Source: Octopus bimaculoides
Lineage: Eukaryota
Assembly: GCF_001194135.2 (NCBI RefSeq)
Contig: NC_068985.1
Location: 36,069,382 to 36,111,077, forward strand
Length of the DNA stretch: 41,696 nucleotides
Direction: 5' to 3'
In this document: positions 13,001 through 25,817 of the stretch, piece by piece
Layout of the letters: each line of letters starts with the position of its first letter
Position numbering within the stretch: position 1 is the first letter of the stretch
Translations under genes and position numbers: made by a program
The notes under the pieces: generated by a model
What the model saw: the letters and a program-made list of their open reading frames with translations, nothing else
Told to the model about the DNA's origin: nothing
The model's database searches: none

Positions 13001-15036
13001 TGCTATGTTATATTATAAGTTGAAAATCATGATATTTTGGATTTTTTTTTGGTGAATGCCATAGAAGTAAGCTTCTGGTGAAATAAGCCTATAATTTGGT
13101 TTCAACATTGAAACTATTTAAATTCACTTTATGCTAATAAAGAATTTGAAAGAGTCAAGAATACCACAACATCCCATTTCCATCACCTTAAAATATATAG
13201 TCTCTCTGAGCAGGTCATACAACCACGAAGAGAACCTATTCATGGTTACCTGACCTGATAAAAATTGATGGATGGATGAATAAATAATTGATTAACTAAG
13301 AGGTAGATGAATAAAAATGTAGATAAGCAAAGAGATGGGTATTTTGGCACATAGACAGGGCGTACATAATTAGCCCTTTTGCATTCAGATTATACTGTGA
13401 AATGAAACGCTTATTTATTAACATTGATTTAAATTAATCATACACTATCCTGTAGCTTTGAGATTTTGATGGTAGGATTGTTTATTTTTAGAATTACATT
13501 GTAAGTTAGGTGTAAGAGGCTGGATCTAGGCTGTTTGAACATAAAACAAGGTAGAATATCTGTGCTGAATATGGTCAGTTTAAATGCTACAATGGCTTCT
13601 AAAGAAGAAAGGACCAGCCTATAGTAACTTGAGGCAACTAATATTATCATTAATCTTGGAAATTTTCTACTTTTTCAAGAGAGGTTTAAGTAGGTTAAAA
13701 AGAATAAAATAAAAACTTTAAAAAATTTCTGTTTGTACTGATGACTTGATAGTAGCTGGGGTGTACTCATTAATTTGTACCATTTTTGTCCCCAGTTACC
13801 GAAGTAGCACAGTCATATAAAAAGAAGAAAATAATGTAACTTTGTACAAAGAAAACTATTCTTCAATTTTTCACTCTTTCATGACTAAATTTTTAATGAA
13901 ATGCTTTACATACATTTCAATCAATTTTGAAAATAACCAAGAAATTCAGTAAAATAATCAACTTTCCTATATTAAATTAGGGGGGGAGGGGAAGGATTCT
14001 TACATAAATTATCATGGAAGGTTTTAATTTAAATACGAACATTTTAGAATGAGAGATTTAGTTTCAAAAGGATTAATATGCACAAGCAGTTGCAAAGCTG
14101 ACATTTTCAAAATGATGATGATTATGATGATACTGATGATGATGGTTGTGATGGGAGTGACTGTTATTGCTGTTGTTAGAAAAATATCTAATGATTTTGG
14201 TCTAAAGAAATAAACCAAAGAAAATGTTAAAAAAATCAACTTTTTAGATATCACATTTAATCATGTTTATAGCATTTAAACCTTTTTTAAAAACTGAATT
14301 TCTTACATAAATGGTAGATGCAATCAGGCAATGAATACCAAATATTAGCATTTTATAAGTTATGCATATATTTGGGGGTATAAAAAAAGATGCTGCAATA
14401 GGCTCTTGATAACTTGTCTCATTCAACAATATCATCATCATCATCATCATCATAATCATCTTCATTTAACGTATACTCTCCATGCTGGCACAGGTTAGAC
14501 AGACTGTAAACCCAAATATTGCACAAGCATCGAGAATCCAAAGCCACAGCACTACATCATTGCTATTTTATACCTAAAACTTTTACACTCTCTTTGAATT
14601 ACTATCTTTCATGATGACCACTCCTGTTTCACATTGTATTAACAAAGTGTAGATTTTCTCTCCAGAGTAAGAAAATATTTCAGCTTTTAATGGTTACTAT
14701 TCTTCTAAAGATCATAATACTTGCTTTAAAGTATTAATCACATATCTAGAATGATGCATTCAATGTACAAAGACTGATTGCCTGATTGCAAATCTTAAAA
14801 CTGCCAAAATTCCTTCTACTTTCCCAACATCAAACTATATACACTCACTGTCTGTTGTACTGTATCTACAATAGTCTTATACTCCTTCGACTTCACTGAT
14901 TGTAATTATCTTTATCTAAACCATTTTCTTGGACAAGGTAGTCCTACTTAAACAATGTAAGAAAAATTATGATATAGTTATGACTAGAACACTTCAATTA
15001 TATGCTTCATTGTCCTGGGACTGAATAACAACTTAT

Positions 15037-15442
15037 CTGCAACAGCTCTGTTGGTGCTCCGTCGCTTACGACGTCCAGGGTTCCAGTTGATCCGATCAAC
15101 GGAACAGCCTGCTCGTGAAATTAACGTGCAAGTGGCTGAGCACTCCACAGACACGTGTACCCTTAACGTAGTTCTCGGGGATATTCGGCATGACACAGTG
15201 TGACAAGGCTGACCCTTTGAATTCCAGGCACAACAAAAACAGGAAGTAAGAGTGAGAGAAAGTTGTGGTGAAAGAGTACAGCAGGGTTCGCCACCAGCCC
15301 CTGCTGGAGCCTTGTGGAGCTTTAGGTGTTTTCGCTCAATAAACACTCACAACGCCCGGTCTGGGAATCGAAACCGCGATCCTATGACCGCGAGTCCGCT
15401 GCCCTAACCACTGGACCATTGGGCCTCCACTGCAACAGCTCT
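15037..15442 (-). mobile_element. Full-length young tRNA-derived SINE (family D) with 13-bp target-site duplication
   Basis: TSD ctgcaacagctct at 15037-15049 and 15430-15442; the minus-strand head has A box TGGTCCAGTGGTTAGG and B box GGTTTCGATTCCC; many CpGs are intact. Confidence 0.92.
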
Positions 15443-16000
15443 AACTGAACCATAAACAGTATTAACTTCATCCAGTTATCATTATACTTATCTAAGATAA
15501 GGAACAGAACACAGTTATTCTCCCTCTTCTCCACTTTCTCAGCTATCTCACACTAACAACTAAGGGCAAACAAAATAAAGTAACTATTAATAATGGTTCC
15601 AGCACTCATCATATATTGTGTACTGCCATAGTAACCCAAGTTTGCTTTTATATTAAAACAAGCTTCCTTGAGAAAGGCATGAACACCACATTGTATTTAA
15701 TCATATCTTCACTGATATGTATGAGCCAACAAGGGAAACATCTAAGTGGTAGCTAATCTGCAAAAAATAGGAACCAAATGACCATCTAATTACACCCTGC
15801 TACCTTATATATATGTATTTATATTTATATGGACCAACAAGATATCCTCTACATCTTATCTCAACTTACTTAGAATCCAAAGGAGTTGTGTGTGTTTTTG
15901 TTAGTGCCTGAGTTTTTTTTTAATTTATTTTGTTGTGCTCATTATTTCAAAATCTGTGACAGCAATAGAAAAGATCCAGCAAGGGATCTTAAATTAGATA

Positions 16001-16197
16001 CATCATCATCATCATCATCATCGTTTAACGTCCGCCTTCCATGCTAGCATGGGTTGGACGATTTGACTGAGGACTGGTGAAAACCAGATGGCTACACCAG
16101 GCTCCAATCTGATTTGGCAGAGTTTCTACAGCTGGATGCCCTTCCTAACGCCAACCACTCAGAGAGTATAGTGGGTGCTTTTACGTGCCACCGGCAC
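16001..16197 (-). mobile_element. SINE or LINE-tail family C, young copy
   Basis: (ATC)n-gtttaacgtccgccttccatgctagcatgggttggacg...; nearly identical to 30214-30336. Confidence 0.88.
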
Positions 16198-16466
16198 TGT
16201 GAAAAAGTTATATCAAAAACCAAATTTGAGACTTTTTACTTAATTTTAAAATTTCAAAATCTGTGTCACCAACAGAAAAGACTCAGGAAGACTGAAAGAC
16301 AAACTAGTACGCATGCATGCCTCTTTGTTTGTACATATGCATACATGTGTATTCTTAAAATGCTGAACTAGTTGCAATGCATATGTATCAATCAACTTCA
16401 CCATCTTTTACTCTATATATTGAACATACTAAATATCCTTATGCTATTTAAAACACACACATGCAT

Positions 16467-16506
<40 letters not shown>

Positions 16507-17352
16507 ACACACACTCTGATGTTCTAATATTTACTAGAGTACACTCTTTTCCCCTCTAGCATTGATTTCTAACATTGATTCTGTAAAAACTAAACAGTCT
16601 GAAGAAAACTGACAGAACAAGATAATGGTGTCAAAGAAAGAAAATTAGAATAAAATGAAGAGAAATCAGAAGTGAGAAAATGGTTATTGCTTCAAGGAAT
16701 TAGGAAATTCAACTCTCTGATAATGGTAAATTGTTTTATGCAATTAGAAAATGTACCATCCTTATTGCCACTACTGCCATCATTATTGAAGTCACTGTCA
16801 TCATTGTCTCTTTCTTACATGTTCTAATCTGCAAGGCATAACATTCGAAGGTCAGATCTAACAAACTAATCTTAAATCTTCTTTAAACTACTTAAGCCTT
16901 TATACATTCTAAATCTAGCTTCAATATGTTATTTAACCACATTGCATGTCCTTACCAATTATTATAAGTAACACCAAATCTTATCTTTAACTTATTTGAT
17001 TTCAGCCTTATCTTTCAAATCCTCATTGTACATCCAGAATAAAAGACTTCCAAGCCCTTATTTTATTCTTTATTTTCTTTTCCAAAAATAGTAAACCTCC
17101 TTTTTAATGTAATAGGGTATTGTATGAGGGAGATTTGTCTATTATTTCAAAGCGATTCATGTAATCACATAAAGATCACTTTTTGGCTTAAACTCTTTTC
17201 TTATCATACATCTGGCACATATGTGTGTCATCTGAAAATGCTGATGTCAACAATCAATAAATGAACCATACACTTTTTACTTACTTTCCATGGTTACAGC
17301 TTTAACTCTCAAATTCAAATTTTCATTAAAAAATGACATCATGATCAATTAC

Positions 17353-17457
17353 TTAGCTGTTGCATCGAATCCTCTGTTTCCATCACTGAAGGATTTTGGA
17401 AAATAACCTTCACCTTTAATTTTACCTCTAATTCCATAATGCCTCCTTCTGTCATGT
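17353..17457 (-). CDS. Possible minus-strand exon; two frames open (DMTEGGIMELEVKLKVKVIFQNPSVMETEDSMQQL or HDRRRHYGIRGKIKGEGYFPKSFSDGNRGFDATA)
   Basis: Long polypyrimidine acceptor ctttttacttatcatccaccctag| and donor CTAA|gtaatt. Confidence 0.3.
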
Positions 17458-18395
17458 CTAGGGTGGATGATAAGTAAAAAGTTTGTGCAAGTAAAGAAGT
17501 TTCAATGTAGTCATTTGAATTGCAAGAAATGACCGCTGAATCTCATCTAACGTTCACCCTGCAGTCTTAAAAAGGATACACTGGATAATCTAGTGTAGGG
17601 TACACTATTTATTAGAAGAAAAGAAAACTAGATGATCATGGTTTGAATACCTTTACTTATAGGTCTGTTTGCTTGATCAGAGCCAACTTGGAACTAACTC
17701 ATCATAAGTAAGGCAATAATGTTAAAATATTGCGATATTTATGAAGCACATAGCAAATAATTCAACCCGACTTCTTTTTCATACCACTAGTTCTTAACAA
17801 AAGAATAAAACTTTGAAAAAAACAAAAGTTACAAACTTTTTGCATGCTGAGAAGATATGCTATTATTTGAAATAACAGATTGCTAGTTAGCCTCAGAACA
17901 TACACTGTTTAACACTATCACATCAGTCAAAGCAGTATCTTTGGATTGACTTGCATCACATTACTGACACTACCATCTCTTAAACACCCTCCAACTCTCT
18001 TCCTTTTTAAATACCTGTCAATTCTTCCATTAACTGCAGTTTACTCATAGAATTTAAAGTTTCAGAATGTGTGCAGTGGTGGTGGGGTATTTTTTATTTT
18101 CATTTTATTTATTTATTAGTAATATTCTTTTTGGAGAAATTTTCTGTTGCTGTCATAGATTTTGAAATTTTAAAATTAAGTGGAAATTTTGGTATATTGA
18201 TGAAATTTTTTCTGCTGAGCAACTAACGGACAGAATCACGTCAAAAAAAAAAAAAGTTCAAGAGTACAATGATAGGTCTATCTTTCAACCACCTTATTTG
18301 TACACTTGAATTACAATTTTCCTCATTTCTTTCACCAATTTGATTGCTTGCATCTCTCTCGTTACCCTCTTTAGGGTAAACTCTTCATCCAAAGA

Positions 18396-18549
18396 CTAAA
18401 TATCATCAATAATTCCTTCATCTGAAACAAGTCTAGGCATCGCTTGTTTACCGGACAAAGTGCTAAGTTCATTCCACACTCGTTTCATTGAAAGAAATCC
18501 ATCTGTTTTTTCTTTTTCTTTTTCAATTAAAAGTGAAAGTAAACAAAAG
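18396..18549 (-). CDS. Possible minus-strand exon (FCLLSLLIEKEKEKTDGFLSMKRVWNELSTLSGKQAMPRLVSDEGIIDDI*)
   Basis: Acceptor tgttgtccctatag|, 50 open codons, CpGs retained; it may instead be a first coding exon from ATG AAA CGA with donor CCG|gtaaac. Confidence 0.35.
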
Positions 18550-18860
18550 CTATAGGGACAACATTAAGTCATAAATATTCTTCACTTTATAGCTGCAATG
18601 TGATCGTTGTCTGTTTTTAGCATTTTATCTTCTTTTTCTACGTGTGTTATTCATTACCGCTTTAATGGAAATCCAGTAGAGATTATATTTAGGCTATTCC
18701 TGCCATATGGGAAACATGACACAACAGCAATTAGTGAAGAAATAAAGTCATGTAAATAATTTAAAAAGGAAAAAAATTGTCAATGACTTTTTTTTTTGGC
18801 GAAAAATTAGAAAAAACAAACCGTATGTTATATTGTAGTAATATTTCAGTTCATGTAAAC

Positions 18861-18962
18861 CATTTGAAATTAATTTTTCCAAAATTATGAAAATAAGGTA
18901 GCAAAACTTCAAACAAAATCTGTGATGATGGCAACCAGAAAGAGATCCTCTGTTTCTCAAAA
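18861..18962 (-). CDS. Possible minus-strand exon (FEKQRISFWLPSSQILFEVLLPYFHNFGKINFK)
   Basis: Strong acceptor ttttgttacctcattttcacctgtag|, donor TG|gtttac; phase 2 end is compatible with the 18549 exon. Confidence 0.25.
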
Positions 18963-19674
18963 CTACAGGTGAAAATGAGGTAACAAAAGTTCAGAAAACA
19001 GACAAAAATAAAATACGTGATGTCGTCGTCATCATCGTCATGGCTTGTACAGCAGACCACTGCTTCGCTTGTTAACTATGGAAACAGGCTCCTATCTGTC
19101 TGTAGCTTTTGATTGGTTAAAATTTACCAAAATTTCCAAAATTTAAAACCTGTTAACTTTTTATTTATAAATTTATGGTAAAACGAATTTCATTTCCATA
19201 ATTAACATACAAAACTAAATCAGCACACCAGATTTGAAAACAATTGGAACAAAATTGATGGAATTATTGAAAAGTGAAAGTCAAACAGAAAAGATCCAAA
19301 ATGAATTTCATTTCTATAATTAGCATATGAAATTAAAAGAAATAGAAATCCATGACAGCAACAGAAATGATCCAGAGCTATAAATGTGAGCATGTAGAAT
19401 ATTGTCTATTTGCTGTTATTTATAGCTTTCCACCACCAAAACAATATATTACATATTTTGTACAATCTTGGCTTCTAATCAATCTAGAAACTCAAGTATG
19501 CTGACCCTTTGTATTCTGGGCCAAGGTTCACAGTAAAGCTTCAAAATAGCACTCAGGTTTATAGAAATGTAACTAACAAAGGTAACTGGGAAACATTGTC
19601 TTCATATTTGTAACATAGTTATATGACATAGTAGTAAGTTCATGTTCACAGTTCACTTGTTTGCCTTTAATAAG

Positions 19675-19916
19675 CACATGGCGGCTCATGTCTTGTGTTT
19701 ACTACAAGTGGTTACATGACCTGGTCATGTGATGGTTGAGTCCATCTAGCTTTACATGGACTGTCTATTCCATCACGTGATAGACCAACCGAGCATGGGA
19801 AATTTATGTCTATTCGCTATGAGCCTGCCATCAGCTATATAAGGAGAGTCTTCCCACTGTGAATTGCACAGTCAAATTCAGGTCTCAGCAGAGCAAGTTT
19901 ATTTTCACAGGTAGTC
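19675..19916 (+). promoter_or_regulatory. Candidate Pol II promoter: YY1-like motif, E-boxes/M-box, TATA, Inr-like site, first donor
   Basis: CACATGGCGGC 19675-19685; palindrome ACATGACC-T-GGTCATGT 19714-19730 overlapping GTCATGTGA; ATCACGTGAT 19772-19781; TATATAA 19836-19842; ACAGTC at about 19868; CAG|gtagtc at 19911; CpGs retained. Confidence 0.45.
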
Positions 19917-19963
19917 TTTGATGTGTACTTTTTTTCCTGTCTTCCAGCAGAAGTTGTTTTGCA

Positions 19964-20378
19964 TTTACTCTATTACTCTTTTACTTGTTTCAGTCATTTG
20001 ACTGCGGCCATGCTGGAACACCGCCTTTAGTCGAGTAAATCGATCCCAGGAATTATTCTTTGTAAGCCTAGTACTTATTCTACTGGTATCTTTTGCTGAA
20101 CCGCTAAGTTACGGGGGATGTAAACACTCCAGCATCAGTTGGCAAGCGATGTTGGGGGGACAAACACAGACACACAAACATATACACACACAAACATATA
20201 CACATACATATATACGACGGGCTTCTTTCAGTTTCCGTCTACCAAATCCACTTACAAGGCTTTGGTCAGCCCAAGGCTATAGTAGAAAACACTTGCCCAA
20301 GATGCCACGCAGTGGGACTGAACCTGGGACCATGTGGTTGGTAAGCAAGCTACTTACCACACAGCCACTCCTGCGCCT
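19964..20378 (-). mobile_element. SINE family B, full-length
   Basis: ttactcttttacttgtttcagtcatttgactgcggccatgctgg tail, internal (CA) tract, and tRNA-like head ...taccacacagccactcctgcgcct. Confidence 0.9.
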
Positions 20379-21429
20379 GTATTTCTTTTCCTGTTCTACA
20401 CAACATATGTCATGTACCAACTGCATGAGAATCATTGTGTATATTTGCTGACAGTATATTTCATGATATATCTCAACAGAGAAAAATTAAAGGGAACCGA
20501 AGGAGAAAGAAAAACAGAAAATTTCACCAAATAAATTGACTACATTTTTATATCTCACACTAACACTCCTACTCAACTACAACTCTGTTACAACTATTAG
20601 TCTTTCAACTAATCTCCTCTTGTTTATCCCAAGGGAATTTTGGAGCCAGAATGTTTTTCTTTATACATTGCTCTGGGATGATTTTGGAGATATGTCTAAG
20701 ATTTGAAAAAGATTTATTGAGAAATAGTAATATTGTTTTAAGGCAAACATTGACAATTGATATATGTATGTATTTATGTATGTATGTATACACTTACTTG
20801 CACATGCACACACACACACACACACACACTTGTATGTGTGCATATTTATGTATTTATGCATTTGTTAACATACTTGTATGCATTTTTATTCATGTGTCTC
20901 AGACTGTACATGAGTATATTCTTCTGTTGTCTGTATACAGTTTTCGTGTTTGCATCATAAAAACTATAGAATATAAAATACAGTACAATATAAAACTTCT
21001 CTTCGTCAACAATTTATAAACACTGAGAATAGAATATTTCATTTTTGGGTTTTACTGTGTCCTATCAAAGCTGTATATAACAGATTTGAGCTACAAGTGG
21101 AAGATTCTTCATTCACACTCTCTCAATAACCCAAATTATCTCAATCCCACTGAAAGTCTCTACCACTGGGTAGTGTCATTTGAACTGCTGCAATTTTCTA
21201 CTGAGTTTAACTTCAGCATGGATATAATCTTGTTAGGAAAATATTCTGACTTCTCACTAGATACATCATGAAGCTTACTCATCAAATGCCTCTCTACTAC
21301 TCATTGGATTATGGTACTCTTTACTACTGCTGCTTTATGATGTGGTATTGCTTCATTGGAACTACCAGCCCTTGATGTTCTCGAGAATTAAAAGGCCAAG
21401 AACACTGTATCATGACAAACACCAGTGGC

Positions 21430-21433
<4 letters not shown>

Positions 21434-21516
<83 letters not shown>
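21434..21516. repeat. (TG)n microsatellite
   Basis: Directly visible. Confidence 0.98.
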
Positions 21517-21521
<5 letters not shown>

Positions 21522-21626
21522 GGTTGAATTAATTTGGAGGTTTCCAAAAAAGATTTCTAATATTGATTCTTCATATTTTGCTGGTAGCTTACTGGCATAA
21601 ATTTGTGAATATGAAGATAATACTTG

Positions 21627-22298
21627 TATATGGTGTCTTGTGAATTTATGGCAAGAAATCCCATAAAACTCAACAATTTTGTTAAAAATGGAGAAGAGAA
21701 GATGTTAAAATATATAAGAGAATTTTAATTCATGCAGACGATTGTTTCGTACAGCAATATAAAATCATGCAAATTCATGATTGAATAGAATTAATTAAAT
21801 TAATTATATATCACTGTACACTTCAGTGCAAGAAGTATAAACAACATTTTTACAAAGGGCTTGAGAAAGGAAATAGCAGAATAGGATCTAGGAGATTCAT
21901 ATTTATCCTTATAAGAAAAAGAGATGTGAGTCCAGTTAGGTATTAACTAAAACTAAAGGCTGTAATGGTTAATACCTAACTGGACTCACATCTCTTTTTC
22001 TCATAAGAGTAAATATGAATCTCCTAGACCCTATTCTGCTATTTCCTTTTTCAAGGCCTTTGTAAAAATTTCGTTTGTATTTCTTGCACTGAGAATACAG
22101 TAATATATAATCAGTTTAATTAATTTAATTAATTCAATTCAACCATGAATTTGCATGATTTTTATATCACTGTATGAAACGATTGTCTGCATGAATTAAA
22201 ATTCTCTTATATATTTTAACATCTTCTCTTCCTCCATTTTTAACAAAATTGTTGAGTTTTATGAGATTTCTTTCCATAAATTCACAACACACCATATA
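21627..22298. mobile_element. Foldback or MITE-like element: about 320-bp inverted arms with a 20-nt spacer
   Basis: Left arm 21627-21947 (tatatggtgtcttgtgaat...ttaggtattaac) is the reverse complement of right arm 21968-22298 at roughly 90% identity by eye; both ends are TA-flanked. Confidence 0.9.
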
Positions 22299-22657
22299 TA
22301 TATAACCAAGGAAGACCATCACTGGCTGTTAAAAGCATTGTACACTCAGACAAATTTATACATTCTACTTGTGGCTTCACTGGTAACTAATGAGCCCAGC
22401 TCTTAATAAACATACACATGCAGACCAAGCTTCCCCTATTCACTACACTGGCAGTGCATTTTTTAGTAGCTCACTTAAATGCCTTTACGTATTTCCTCCT
22501 TTGGTGCCAATGTCAAGCATTGCTTTCCTAATTGACCTCCCATATTTCACATACTTTCAATGAGGACTTTGCACAACCCTTTTTCTGAAATTTTCTGATC
22601 TGGAACTAAGTAGTGCGATGGAATTCTTAGATCTAAAAAGAATGTGTGATCTTTCAG

Positions 22658-22747
22658 CTATGCATAAAGTTGCATTTCTTAGATCCATTTACATATGACA
22701 TGGATTTTTCTATGATTCTACACTTGATTGAATGTGGTGTGCAGTTG
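22658..22747 (+). CDS. Weak candidate exon (LCIKLHFLDPFTYDMDFSMILHLIECGVQL)
   Basis: Acceptor gatctttcag|, donor TTG|gtaaag, 30 open codons. Confidence 0.28.
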
Positions 22748-23322
22748 GTAAAGGACATCATCCCCTCCAGATTGAGCAGCAGTCTCACAGACTTTGAACC
22801 CATCTCCAGTGAATTATTCTACTTCAACTAGTTTAATTATATGGTGTCTACAGTCAAAGGGGACATAATTCTAATTTTCTTTTCTTTTTCCATTTTTATT
22901 CACCCTTCCATTTTCTGCATCAGCCTTGTTTTTTCCCGTGGTTTCTCATGTACCAGCATCCTGGTTTTCAAATAGAACAGACCATGTACTCAGAGCCTGA
23001 AGATTACTTGGAGACACAAAACACATTATAAAAGCCTACCTAATCACATGTCTTCACAGCAAGAAACTACTACCAGCTTTTATTTTTATGCTGTGTATAT
23101 TAAATGTTTATCTCTCATTGGATGGAGTACTTTTTTTTATATAGATAAAATTCATTGAGCTTAGTGGCTAATGTATGTAAGAACACTACACAAATCATTC
23201 AGTTGATGAGTTGAAAATGAAATGTGTGTTGGTACAAGTTTGAAGTTGATAAAAAGATTTCATAGCAGTAAATAAATTATAGAATAAAAACATTAAGTGC
23301 ATATCTTGTAGAATGTAAACAG

Positions 23323-23431
23323 AATTTATCATACTACATCAAGAGATTCTGATTGTGATTAAATGTCTTTTCAAACTGTCTGATGTTAATGATTATTGGA
23401 CATTGTTTACAAGAGAAACTCAGTCATGCAG
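23323..23431 (+). CDS. Weak candidate exon (xFIILHQEILIVIKCLFKLSDVNDYWTLFTRETQSC)
   Basis: 35 open codons and donor CAG|gtgtgt; the acceptor is weak. Confidence 0.25.
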
Positions 23432-25817
23432 GTGTGTAGGTTTATAATATGCAGAAGGATTCATGTTTCATGGAAATATGCTGGATGTAGACTGAAGAAT
23501 GTGTCAGGGTCTAGTTGGGTAGACTGAGTACCACTTGAATTTTTTTTACAATAGATTGTGGGCCTATTTTGCCTGTTAGTTTCCTTTTTCTTTTTTCTTT
23601 GATTAGACTCAGTACTATTCACATATTCAGCTTCAAATATTATATCATGTAGTATGAGATCAACTGGAGATATGCTGATTGCAGCATGATGAGGTTAATT
23701 GATGTTGATTGCATGCAGACCCATACAATCCCATATTAGCTCAGAAGTCTAACTATTAAATTTATGTAGAAGATTATAGTCATAGTTGTTTCGTTGGAGT
23801 GGATTAAGCTGGATATTCATTTATTCATCTCTTTAGTTGCTAATTTTAATAAAAGTTGTTTTTCTTTTTTGTGATTTTGTCAACACCAAGTCATTATGCA
23901 GATGTCTGTAATATTGGGAGTCTGTAATATTGCCTCATGAAAGAGACACTTATTTTAACTTCATGTAAAGTAGGTATTTTGTTGCAGATATTTGTGGTAA
24001 AAAAAATCCTGCCTCTTACAGTTGTGTGATTATGTGAAGTATGTGCATGGGAGAGCAACTAAATGCATTTTATCACTGCATTTTATTTTTCAAGTTCAAG
24101 CATCTATTAAATAAGTATTGACTTTCAAATGAAAGTAGTATTGATCTCATCTATCTTATTCACATCAGATCAACTTAAACAGTTAGCATAGTGTTTCTGC
24201 TAAAAATTCCAGACACAAGAAAAGGTAACTGTTTGATTTCTGTTTGCAACAGATTTTCTTGAATCTCTCTTCCTGAAGTAAATGCCGTTAAAAAAAAAAC
24301 TCATCAATTGGAGCATAAAACTTGGATCTTGCTGTTCTGGAAAATTTGTATTGGTTACATATCATTTAACTAATGTCTTGTAGCCGTGGTAATCATAGAG
24401 TTGTTTTTTTGTTTTGTTGTTTTTTTAAACTTTTCTATGTTTCTTTTTCTGCTATCAGTGATCTTTCAGATGACTGTTCTAGTTATATGCTAAAGTAATC
24501 TATTTCTATTCAACATGAAAATCAAGAATCCATTTCTTTTTATACCTTTATATGGATGAAATGATTCTTTTTGATATTTGCATATAAATTGTCTGTGCAC
24601 ACTGTCTTACTGCTGGTTGATCTTAGTAATTCTACCAGTCAATCATGTTACCTATTTTCAAGCAGGCAAATTTATGCAAGTTAAATAATGTATGTTGGCC
24701 TTGGACCACAGCCAAATAACTGTAGCAGATTTTGAAATCAAGACATTTGTAGTCAATAGTTCACTACAGCAACTCTACTTCTGACATGAGTGATTTTTTT
24801 TTTTTAGATACCTGACAAACAAGAAACAGCTACTCAACTTCAAAAAGTCAAGGAATCACAATGACTAACTACGCAAATGTCAAACCACCTTGATGAAGTG
24901 TTCTGGATTTGTGTATTCTCACTTGAAGCATCTTGTGCTTTGCACAAAACACTAAAATTCTTCTGGCCTACTTACATGGCAATAGAATTAGAAATTAATG
25001 TAGAAACAACAAACTAATAATAAAATTGAAAGAATTATAGAGGAGAGGATATCAAGGGACTCTTTCAACACAAAAACAAATGAGTTAATTGATGACTAAC
25101 ATACTTAACATAGTGAACCAAAAAAAATTAACCAAAATTCCACACATAGTGAGAAAGAAAATGTTTAGCTTAATGCTGACAAAGGCAGGTAATGGAAACA
25201 ACTCCAAAATCAAATTAAAAATTAAATGACAAATGCAGGGGAGAATGAGTCTGGTATTTGGCAAGTGCAGTGATACCTCTGGACACACTTCTTAGATTTC
25301 TTCTTAGATTTATTTCCTATTATATGCCACCACATTCAATATTTAATTACTTTAGAATCTAGGAGTTGTCACCTTTACTTTACTTAACCAGAATTAGTTG
25401 TTTTCCTCCTCCTCTATGTATATAATTTTAATTTATCAAAAATTACTTTGCTCACAACATTAAGTATTTTCAAACAAAAATAAAGGCAAGAAAAAGGCTA
25501 AAAAAAGTGGTTGGTTTTGGATAGACAACACATATCATTTTATTATTTTCAGTCATTGGATTGTAACCGTCTTGAAGCTTCTCCTTTTAGCCTCCATTGG
25601 TCATTTTATACACTTGAGAAGAATGAAAGTTAGGAAAGTAGAGCTTTGTATTTAAGCAAAAAAAAAAAAAGGAATCTTTTTCTCCTTTTCTAAAACTTAC
25701 TAGGCCTATGTGTGTTTAAATGAATGCCTGACAAAAATTAATAGATATGTTATAGCCACAAAAATATGATGTATAATTAATAAAAATGTCAGTGTCCAAG
25801 GGTGTGGCACCAATAAC

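Noticed and set aside
15350-15429. tRNA gene-like sequence
   Set aside because: It is the head of a TSD-flanked SINE and has no complete cloverleaf.
24809-24870. Strong acceptor followed by IPDKQETATQLQKVKESQ* or YLTNKKQLLNFKKSRNHND*
   Set aside because: All frames stop before a credible donor; a terminal exon cannot be supported.
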